Source: Euprymna scolopes
Lineage: Eukaryota
Direction: 5' to 3' (one strand)
DNA: 64,000 nt
Assembly: GCA_053919585.1 (NCBI GenBank)
Contig: CM132794.1
The notes below the pieces were generated by a model. It was not told where the DNA came from. It was given only the letters and a program-made list of their open reading frames with translations, and searched no databases. Below are positions 54,639 through 63,061 of the stretch, piece after piece. The translations under genes and the position numbers were made by a program. Numbering within the stretch: position 1 is the stretch's first letter; each line of letters begins with the position of its first letter.

Positions 54639-54640
<2 letters not shown>

Positions 54641-54711
<71 letters not shown>
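54641..54711. repeat. (TA)n microsatellite
   Basis: About 35 AT units. Confidence 0.97.
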
Positions 54712-54714
<3 letters not shown>

Positions 54715-54956
54715 CTTGTTTATTGTTATATAAACATGCTCACATCCCGCTGCTACAAATAGCCACTTGTTTGAATCAAACAACAGATATCATCAGGCAG
54801 CGACTTGACTATTCAAAAGTTCAATGAATAATCGTTATTCATTGAACTTTTGAATAGTCAAGTCGCTGCCTGATGATATCTGTTGTTTGATTCAAACAAG
54901 TGGCTATTTGTAGCAGCGGGATGTGAGCATGTTTATACAACAATAAACAAGTATTA
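54710..54956. repeat. Near-perfect palindrome, 122-bp arms, 3-nt loop; probable inverted pseudo-LTR remnant of a Penelope-like element
   Basis: 54710-54831 is the reverse complement of 54835-54956 with one mismatch (loop TCG). It lies between two (TA)n tracts and contains a hammerhead-like motif. The palindrome is seen directly; the Penelope-like origin is inferred. Confidence 0.85.
54864..54918 (+). ncRNA. Type I hammerhead ribozyme-like motif with mutated core (CAAA instead of GAAA); mirror copy on the minus strand at 54748-54802
   Basis: Stem I CGCTGC/GCAGCG; core CTGATGA (54870-54876); weak stem II ATC/GAT; CAAA; stem III ACAAGT-ggct-ATTTGT; cleavage triplet GTA. Confidence 0.65.
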
Positions 54957-55035
54957 TCAGCTCTTTTTATTGAGCACTATCTAACAACCTCGTTGAATTC
55001 ATTAGTCCATTACTTTTGAATATAAAAAAACCCGA

Positions 55036-55036
<1 letters not shown>

Positions 55037-55105
<69 letters not shown>
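55037..55105. repeat. (TA)n microsatellite, two interruptions
   Basis: Read directly. Confidence 0.95.
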
Positions 55106-55198
55106 TAAGTAATGTGATTGATACTTTAAAATTTAAAAATCAAATTTTAATTAAATTAAAAATCCCTTTCATAAGAAGGAACAACAACAAAATCAATT

Positions 55199-55308
55199 AT
55201 CTGTACGATCGTTTCGGAAAACAATGCTTTTTTATTGTGGTATACATCAAGTTATGTACAATAATTATATATAGTTTTTTGATAAGCAAGGTCTCCTCAT
55301 CAGCAAAT
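55199..55308 (-). ncRNA. Type I hammerhead ribozyme motif in the PLE 3' region
   Basis: Minus strand reads ATTTG-CTGATGA-GGAGAC..(~68 nt)..GTTTTCC-GAAA-CGATCG-TA-CAGAT. The catalytic core is intact; stem I has 5 bp (one G-U), stem II is GGAGA/TTTCC, stem III is the palindromic minimal ACGATCGT, and the cleavage triplet is GUA (cut between 55204 and 55203). Confidence 0.8.
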
Positions 55309-55877
55309 TTTGAAGGGTTTTCATTGAATTTAAAAGACACCATAAATAAACCTAGCATTAAAAGTAAGGCAGATGAATCTGAAAAATTGAAATAAAAGAT
55401 CTGGATTTAAAATTTATAAGAAAATTAATATGGGTTAGAGATAGAAATAAGTAGAGAAAAATATATATTTTTGAATTTACATAATAAATTTGCTTTAAAA
55501 ATATATAGAGATATTTACCTTTTAATTTTTCGTTTTTTGAAATCAGGATATGTGGTTAAAATAGTCATTTAGATGTTTGCTATAGCTTTTTATCTTATTG
55601 AATGATGAATTTTAAAAGGGGGGGACGCTCGTGCAATAAATTGTTTCCGTTAGCGTATTTTTGATTTAAAGACGCTACGGTTTATATATATAGAGAATAT
55701 TACTATTACATATTTTAAGGGGAGATAATTGTCATGTTTTCTTTATTTTATTTATTTGAAGGGTGTAAGGGAGATAATTAGTCTAACTTAATTTATTAAG
55801 AAAAAAAAATAATAATAATAATAATAAAAGTAATAATAATTGTAATCTATTTTTACTAATAAGTAATTTTTAATGAT

Positions 55878-56829
55878 TTAAGGTGGTTTATATTTATTAA
55901 ATTTAAACCAACGTTTATGACTACATGTCATAAGCTCCTGTCTTGAATTTAATTGTTTGGTTGTATTTTTTATATCTTCATATTTTAAAATTTTTAGGGT
56001 CTCTTTTGTACATAGTGCACAAAATTTATCTCCTGGTTTATATGATTTGCAAGTCTCAATTATTTGCTATTTTAAGTTGAAAGAAATATTGCTGTTTTTT
56101 AGTTGCCAAATATAGTTGGATAGAGTAGTTTGGTTTGACAGAGAGTTATTTTTAAAAGAATGTTTGTGCGTTGAAATTCTATGTTTTATTAGGCCAGATG
56201 TGGAACCAAAATATATTACCTCTTGCTTGTTGTGATTATTTTCCGTTAGGTCTGTTGTTGGATTATTATATGGTGGGTTGATTAGTAATTGATCGGTAGA
56301 TTGGTTTAAGTTGGTGTTATTATTTAATCTGGTAGTTGAGTTATGGCTGTTAATAGGTTCATGTAGATTTGGAGTTTTTGATACTGTGCTGCTATAGATA
56401 ATATTTTTAATTTTACATGAGCCTTGTAGGGGACATTTATTTTTTCTTCTACAGTTACAGTCCGATGTATTTTGTATAGTTGTATTTTGTTGTTTATTAA
56501 TTTTCTTATTATTAGAGCTAATTATTTTCTGATGAAGGTTAGGCATAGTAGAGTAAGAGACTTTAATTGTGTTCTTATTGAAAATGTTATTATATCTATG
56601 GGGGGCTTTAAAGTTCTTATCTAATATTTTAAAAAATTCTCTGGCTATGTTTGTTTCTAGGTTTTTTGGAATATGGGGGGTTGAACCATAGGATCTCCTT
56701 GTGTCTATTCTTACGTTTACGGGTTTTGGTTTGCTGTTTATTTGTATTATTTAATATTTGTGGTTTGGTTTTATCTTTTTTTGTCTCTTGGTTATTTTTC
56801 TTAACTCGTATACGGGAAGACATTGCCAT
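55878..56829 (-). pseudogene. PLE polyprotein C-terminus (linker + GIY-YIG endonuclease), with a frameshift and a premature stop
   Basis: Reconstruction: RKRKNRHKEILWFNPPYSK /fs ~56665/ LETNIAREFFKILDKNF..IFNKNTIKVSYSTMPN..CNCRRKNKCPLQGSC..NIIY..YFGST..KHRISTHKHSF..TLSNYIWQLK..LK*(TAG at the expected Trp, 56067)QIIETCKSYKPGDKFCALCTKE..LNSRQELMTCSHKRWF..PP*. The WFNPP, CxCx5C, CxxC and LN.R.EL..C.H motifs are typical of PLE endonucleases. The CxCx5C linker suggests the Naiad group (from recollection; needs phylogeny). Confidence 0.9.
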
Positions 56830-56861
56830 ATTATATGTTATTATATTATATATATATATAT

Positions 56862-57580
56862 TACTCGTGTTCCCCCCTTACGAAGCATATGCATATCGAC
56901 ACTTGGACGTAAGGGGCTACTATTTGGGGCCATGTCTAGGAAAGATTAAACAAGATATTTGCTTGTGTTACATTTAAACTTCTGCATATCAGTACAGCCA
57001 GGGAAGGAGGCAGCAGAAAGGGAATTCCAAGGTCTAGCTGTTCGAGGGAAGAAACTATAAGAATAGAAAGCTTTCTGGCATTTAGGGACAACAACAATGA
57101 AGGGGTGAGATCTTATTGCTAAGCGCGTTTGTCGGGGATATGTACGTCGAGGGGGTACAAGTGAAACGAATTCACCGGATCACATTCCATTAAAATACTT
57201 GTAAAACAGGCGCAGTGATGCAACATTGCGGCTATGAGACAGGGGCTAGAGCTTAGTTGATAAAGAGAGGCCGATTAGATTGGCAACTTATTTTTGGACT
57301 TTATCTAAGAGGGAGAAACTAATTGCAGATGCAGCAGCCCAGATGTGGCAACAATACCCCATCCATGGGCGAATGGTGGCCTTGTAAAAGTACAGGATAC
57401 TGTCAGGCGTGAGTAGTCTTCTAATTCGATAGAGGGAGCCCATCTTCTTTGCAGCAGCCTTTGCAATATCCTCTATGTATTTGTTCCAGTTCATATTGCC
57501 CGCAAATGTTAGGCTGAGGAGTTTGAAGGTAGAATTCTCAGGTAGGGTGCTATTTGTTATGGATATAGGCGGTTGGAGAG
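56862..57580 (-). mobile_element. CR1/L2-group LINE 3' fragment (post-RT region of ORF2 plus 3' UTR), decayed
   Basis: MNWNKYIEDIAKAAAKKMGSLYR..YKATIRPWMGYCCHIWA..LLDKVQK, continuing after a frameshift as PLSHSRNVASLRLFYKYFNG..SHPF..SFFPRTARPWNSL..FKCN, with the stop near 56946. Confidence 0.85.
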
Positions 57581-57730
57581 TTTAACTTTATTACGCCACA
57601 ATCATTTTTTTCTCTAAATATATATATATCCTTGCACGATCCTTACAAATTGTCCTGGGGCATTTCATACTTTATGACGCCAGAAAGCTATTTCGCAAAC
57701 AATATTAATACTTGATATGTTTACTCCTTT
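57581..57730 (+). repeat. Degenerate ancestral satellite, two subunits
   Basis: TTATTACGCCACAA..CTTGCACGATCCTTAC..TTTATGACGCCAGAAAGCTATTTCGCAAACAA..ATACTTGAT. Confidence 0.7.
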
Positions 57731-57840
57731 GCTTCTATCACAGAGCCTACATCCTTAACTGAAAATCGCGTAGTCAACGCTCTTCCGGAATTTCAAAAAA
57801 AAAACACTACAGAGGAACAACATGTGGAATTTCTTTTAAT

Positions 57841-57912
57841 AACCTCAAGCGCTGCAATATCCCTTCAATTTTTTGAGACTTTGGCAGCGGACAGAGATGC
57901 TTGGCGCAGTGA
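57841..57912 (+). mobile_element. Short fragment resembling the C-terminus of an RTE-clade LINE ORF
   Basis: NLKRCNIP../fs/ETLAADRDAWRS matches the LK...I....WE.LA.DR..WR pattern. It is very short. Confidence 0.45.
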
Positions 57913-58834
57913 TAGCTGAATGGCCTTCTTCAACAACGTGTGTGAGAAATTCCATATACGGCAGCCATCTTTTCTTGTTTGTCCGCCCACGCATTAGTGG
58001 TCGGCTGTCATTGGTTTAAATTTGAATGTGTCAGGTGATTGACTTGTCGCGCTTTTGTGTCATGCTTTCTTTTTCAGTCTAGACAAAACTCGGCATCGGA
58101 ATAGACTCAAAACCCAGTAGCTGCCACTGGAGGGAGCTAACACAATTCCTTCGTGAACACCAAACTGTTGGTGAACGAAGGACCACATCTCTACAAGCAG
58201 AGACTACTTATACTGCTGAATTTATCCTGATTGAGGATGGCATTCAAGAACTGTTCTGCATGTTTATTACCAAATATTGGATCTTATCTCAATTCATCTT
58301 GAGTCCCAAGAGGATCACATTCTGCCTAATTATAGGCATCATCACTCCCGCCGAGTTTACTATGAACATCCATGAATCCTTACGAGGAAGAACGAACTAA
58401 CATTCCAACAATAGGAATTCGAACTAAAGGCTCTATGCGTATGGGGACAAATCGGGCCACCGTTTTGCAAACGGACAATACCAGAACCAATAAACTTTCA
58501 TTGCTGTTACATTTGAATAAATTTTGAGTTTGAAAGGTATGGCTTTTGTAGTTGTGGATTCTTTCCTCTGCAGGGAGGAAACTGAGACGTGGGAAATAAA
58601 TTTCTCACATCTTCAACAACGAGCATGAGCGAGCAGCTATGAAGCGTCGCACACTGGTACACTGACGAACGGCAAGTACTCACCATCAAATCCCAAATCC
58701 TGTCTTCCTGAACTATATCTGCGCAAAGCAGTGCAGATCACGCCTCGGGCTTGACAGTCATCAAAGAAGTCACAGAGTCAATTAAAAAAAATGAACACAT
58801 CGTCATCCACATGGAGGGACTATCATAACTATAT

Positions 58835-59250
58835 TAAGTGATTAAAATAATATGCGTATTAGATACGCTTGAAGTAAAAGCCCATTATTACAAAATAGAC
58901 AGATATTTATTTTTGTTTGAAATTTCTAAATATATTTCGGAGCTACACGTCATCCTCAGTATTTCTCCCCCCCCCCCACATGTTGTTTTTGGAGCATAGA
59001 ATCAGGTAGTAGAAGTCCGTTTGTTGTTTTTCACGGTGGTGTTTTCAAATGTCGGAACAGTGCGTTGGTCACGCGGTATTCACGTTAGGGGTGTGTGTTC
59101 CTTGATAGAAGTGTTGATTGAGTTTGAATAAAATAAAACACGTATTAGATACGTTTGAAGCTAAAACAACGCATTATTACAAAATAAACAGACATTTATA
59201 TTGAAATTTATAAATATATTTCGAAGTTACACTTCATCTTCAGTATGTCT
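58835..59250 (+). repeat. Diverged tandem copies (~286-bp spacing) of the second repeat family
   Basis: ATTAGATACG(T/C)TTGAAG at ~58858 and ~59144, each followed by ATATATTTCG..CATC(C/T)TCAG as at 53994-54093. Confidence 0.7.
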
Positions 59251-59724
59251 TTCTTTTATCTTTTTAGTTAAGTGATATTTTTCTATATGACGTCACAAAG
59301 TATTTTTTCAAATAAAGCTTAAACTTGCAATGTCTTCACCAATTTTCTGAATGAATTTTATCTTTTATGACGTCACAAAGCTCTGTGTCAAGCAAACTCT
59401 ATACTTATAGAATTCGCTATGATTTTCTTAAGTTAGATTTTTCGTTTATAGCACCAAAAATCATTTATTCGAAATAAACTTCATATTTGTGGGATCCTCA
59501 TTTATTTGTACAAGTAAATTTTATCATTTATGGGACCACAAGTTCCTGTAAGAAATTACATATATGCATGAGAAATTCAATCTGTTTTGGCCAAGCAAAA
59601 TGTTGCTTTATGACGTCAGAAAGGATTATTCTGTAAAAAAAGTATCCCTGCAATATTTTCACCGATTTTTAAATAAATTTTATCATTTATGACGCCAAAA
59701 ACTTTCTTCTGTACAAACACTATA

Positions 59725-59919
59725 TAGTATAACCCGGATATAATAAAACCGAATATAAGAAAAACGGATATAAGAGAGATTTTATCTGCTTCCAAATTAG
59801 AACCTGTTTTAATGTACAGTGTAACCCGGATATAAAAAAAGGATATAAGTGGAACCCGGATATAAGAGATATTAAGGTCCCTCTGCCCATACGAAGTCTC
59901 TTATATACGGGTTATACTG
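59725..59919. mobile_element. Tc1/mariner-pogo(Tigger)-type MITE with TA target duplication
   Basis: TA-[TAGTATAACCCGGATATAA ... TTATATACGGGTTATACTG]-TA, i.e. ~19-bp TIRs with 2 mismatches, plus internal CGGATATAA repeats. Confidence 0.85.
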
Positions 59920-60350
59920 TATTTAATTAATTTGCGCTGATTTAACAAATTAATAGTTTTCGTTTATGATTCCAAAAAGCATTTTATTTTTCAAATAAAG
60001 TTTTTCCTTATCAATTTTGACAAGAAATTTTTATTTTTTATTACGCCACAATTTTTTGTACTAAACGATATATATAGATGGTGAATTCACTCCGCTTTAG
60101 CAAGGTTATATTTTCCTGTATAAGGCCAAAGAGCATGTTTGTATGAATTTGATTTATACTTGCGGAATCCCCCCACCACCCAATTTTCTCAATGATTTTT
60201 CCTTTATACCGCCAGAAAACTATTTCCCAAACAACTTCAACATTTGATAAATTCACTCAGATTTAACCAAGTAACGTTTTCGTTTATTGCGCCATAAAGC
60301 ATTTTATATGAGTAAATTAATGCCTGCAATATTCTCAACAATTTTTGAAT

Positions 60351-60487
60351 GGGTTAAATAGAATACGACTTAAAAAAAACAAATATACTATATTAAAAAA
60401 TCCTTCTTCAAAATCACCAGATTCGGCATTAAATAACCTGAAAAGGGTTGATATGCCGTAAAACAAAACAACCAAACCAAACCAAAC
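60351..60487 (+). mobile_element. 3' end of a non-LTR retroposon (SINE/LINE) with terminal stem-loop and (CAAAC)n tail
   Basis: The hairpin GGCAT..TAACC..GGTTG..ATGCC is followed by AAAACAAAACAACCAAACCAAACCAAAC. The segment is flanked by GAAT/GAAT and splits a relic satellite subunit. Confidence 0.65.
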
Positions 60488-60561
60488 GAATAAATGTCAC
60501 ACCTTTTGACGCTACAAAAAAATTGTACAAAACTCCATATATAAGCTATTTATCTGTATAG

Positions 60562-61053
60562 TACAATGGAAAATGCGAGCATGAAAAGTAATATGGTTAA
60601 GTTTAAACATGGAAAAGTACAAGATTAATTGTTAAAACTGGAAAAGAAAACGACAAGATATTCTACTAAAAAATATAATAAATTATTTATAACTATTATT
60701 AATATATATATATAACTATTATTAATATATATTTATATATATATGTTATACATATTATTAATATATATACATATATTATTAATATATATTTATATATATT
60801 ATATATAACTATTATATATTTTTATAACTATTATTAATATATAATATATTAATATTGTAGCATTATTTTTTTTAATTCAATTTAACATTATATAATCAAT
60901 TCTTAATGCCGCAATATTTTTAGTTATAAATTTATTATATTGTTTACTAGAATATCTTGTCCTTTTCTTTTCCAGTTTTAACAACTAGTCGTTTACTTTT
61001 CCATGTTTAAGCTTAACCATATTACTTTTCATGATTTCATTTTTCTATTGTAA
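60562..61053. mobile_element. Foldback/MITE-like element, ~130-bp imperfect inverted repeats around an AT-rich low-complexity spacer
   Basis: CATGAAAAGTAATATGGTTAAG..AAACATGGAAAAGTA..GTTAAAACTGGAAAAGAAAA.GACAAGATATTCTA (60581-60665) is mirrored at ~60948-61034. Confidence 0.75.
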
Positions 61054-61289
61054 TCCATAATTTTTCCAGGCTTCCAATAAATCCACTTGTTCGTTGTTTA
61101 ATTTCAGTCTTATTTTTTGCCCCCATAAACATAGTATACACACATCTAATACCAATATAAGGCACTCGTCTGCTTCAATAAAAAAACTAATTATCACCAT
61201 TTCATTCTTTCATTCTGTCTGTTTTACTTTTACTTCGTTTTTCGCGACACAAGTGAATTAGTAGCAACATTAGTCGGTTAAGCAACGTG

Positions 61290-61303
61290 GTTGCTATGGA
61301 AAC
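61290..61303. promoter_or_regulatory. RFX X-box consensus motif
   Basis: GTTGCTATGGAAAC. There is no gene nearby, and the motif is probably carried by a repeat. Confidence 0.35.
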
Positions 61304-62514
61304 CAGTCATAAAAAACGTCGCTTACCGCCTTATGTCTTTTTTTACGATTTTGAACACCAGCAAATTCATATTAGCTGCTGTTTTACTGAACGAAAATTG
61401 AAAATTTTTTCACAATATAGCTAAGAATGTGATATCTATAAACTGTAATAATTGTTTGAAATTTAGGCGAAAAATGAGTGAGCGGTGTGAAGCTTTAAAG
61501 CAATTCTAACTAACTAAAACTGTCGCTTAACCATATATTCAAACACGGTAGACTACCTTTCTAGATTTTCACCAAACTCTACAGAAGCCTGTTTTACAAA
61601 GTGCCTTCCTCTTTCGCTCGTGTGAACTCCTAAAGTCAACACGTTTTCGTCTGTTCTCTCCCTCATCTAAACACTAGAACACGTGCGAGGTTTTCGTATA
61701 GCAAATGCAGCACTGAACTGAAGGCCCTGTTTCTACAACCCAGCCAAAAAGACTCAGGAAATGTAAAACTGTGCAACGGACGTATCTTTCACATAAGTTT
61801 CCCGGAAACTGACTGTTTACAAAAACCTTTCTTTACTTTCCACTTTTTCTCTGCAAAAACAGGTTCTTTTAAGATCTACAACTATGTTGTGTTCTTTTCT
61901 TCTTGTCGACATCTCTAGATTTTGTTACCGAATATAATTTGGAACATCTCAACACATAAACACGCATTGGTCTTTATTATAGAGTAGAGGGGAGTAGAAG
62001 AAAACCAAGAGAGAGAAAAAAAAAGAAAAGTATTATCATTATTATTATTATTAGGGATTTACCGATGATCAAATTGACCGATTGCCGATTAATCGGCATT
62101 TGATAATCGGTCTAGGACCGATTAATCAGCCGATTAATAGGTTTTCTAATGCCGAGTTATCAGCAAATGTTGTTGTCATAAATGATACTAATATTAATTA
62201 TATTGTAAACAAAGACAAGTTTTGCTTGCCAGTGAAAATTTATCGAAGATACGTGCATCGTCTACACCATATTATCAAATTACAGGTATGACGCATTGTT
62301 AGTATGTAGGCTTTTACAACTGCGCTGCATTTGAGAAAAAATGGATGTAAGCACATAGACAATTCTAGTCCTTTTTCTTTCTATCAGATTAACATAATAT
62401 TTTTTACTTTAAATCACTGTCAGATAAAAAAAATTATTACTCCTACTTTCAGTTTGTATGTTGAGGAATTGTCCAGTAAATTGCGATGATGTGCGAATCG
62501 AAAATAAAGCATTC

Positions 62515-62888
62515 TTTTTTTTTTTTTTTAATTACAGTTTCACCCCAAACAAGGCACATTGCCACTTTGGTGTAGGGGGCTACTATCAGGGTCAGCAACT
62601 ACTGGGGCTCTATGCAGGGATTTGGGCAGCAAGATGTCGGTTCACATTGCACTTGAACTTCTGCATGTCAGTACAGTTAGGGAAGCAGGATCCTGGAATG
62701 GAATTCCAGAGTCTAGCGGTTCTGGGGAAGAAACTACTGGAGTAGAAAGATCTTTTACATCTAGGGATCTCTACTATGTGGGGGTGGGATTTAGCTGCCT
62801 GTCGGGTTTGTCGAGAGTGTCTACGTCGTGGGGGCACAAGTGTCTGCAGTTCGTCAGACCATTCACCATTAAAATACTTGTAGAACAT
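62515..62888 (-). mobile_element. CR1/L2-group LINE 3' fragment with poly(A) tail, nested in the hAT element
   Basis: FYKYFNGEWSDELQTLVPP..SHPH..SSFFPRTARLWNSIP..FKCNVN, then a short 3' UTR and a T-run at 62515-62529. It is related to the 56862-57580 copy. Confidence 0.88.
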
Positions 62889-63061
62889 CCTTCATCAGTC
62901 ACACTCTTGTTCCTCATCTTTGAACTCTCGCTACCATTACATATATTTTTTTTATTTTTCTGGTTTAGATGATGTATATTTTATTGGGATGAATTTGATA
63001 TCAGACATAAATAATTTCAATATGTAAAAAATTAACTAAATGTTAACAACGACCTTCAACC

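Larger units (their letters stand above)
51118..54640 (+). repeat. Degenerate ancestral satellite (~80-bp subunits, A/B dimer ~160 bp), interrupted by insertions
   Basis: Recurrent TTTATGACGYCACAAAG, CAAACAACATCTATACTTGATGAATTC, AAGTAATATTTT and AAATAAAGTTTATACTTGCGGAATCCTCAC motifs are homologous to the array monomer and in the same orientation. Confidence 0.85.
55106..56830 (-). mobile_element. 5'-truncated Penelope-like retroelement (PLE) flanked by TA-rich tracts
   Basis: Decayed thumb/linker plus GIY-YIG coding region, followed on the same strand by an AT-rich 3' region containing a hammerhead motif. TA repeats lie at both ends. Boundaries are approximate. Confidence 0.85.
59260..60540 (+). 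repeat. Degenerate ancestral satellite, best-preserved stretch
   Basis: TGACGTCA-like starts at 59288, 59368, 59449, 59531, 59611 and 59690 (spacing 79-82 bp), alternating A and B types. Confidence 0.85.

Noticed and set aside
54553-55395. ORFs with IYIYIY runs and the 101-aa ORF at 55090
   Set aside because: These are translations of (TA)n and of the antisense AT-rich PLE 3' region.
55600-56070. Selenocysteine recoding or SECIS, as reported for some Naiad PLEs
   Set aside because: The Cys motifs here use TGT, the internal stop is TAG at a Trp position, and no convincing SECIS was seen.
56529-56600. CTGATGA...GAAA on the + strand (also CTGATGA on the minus strand at ~62891)
   Set aside because: No supporting stems I-III. 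The first lies antisense within coding sequence. Both are chance matches.
61550-61960. Possible PHD-finger or LINE ORF1 relic on the minus strand (SVQCCICYTK..H)
   Set aside because: Only a few residues match amid stops and frameshifts, so it cannot be supported without a search.
62458-62972. Plus-strand ORFs of 95 and 137 aa
   Set aside because: They are antisense shadows of the LINE fragment on the minus strand.
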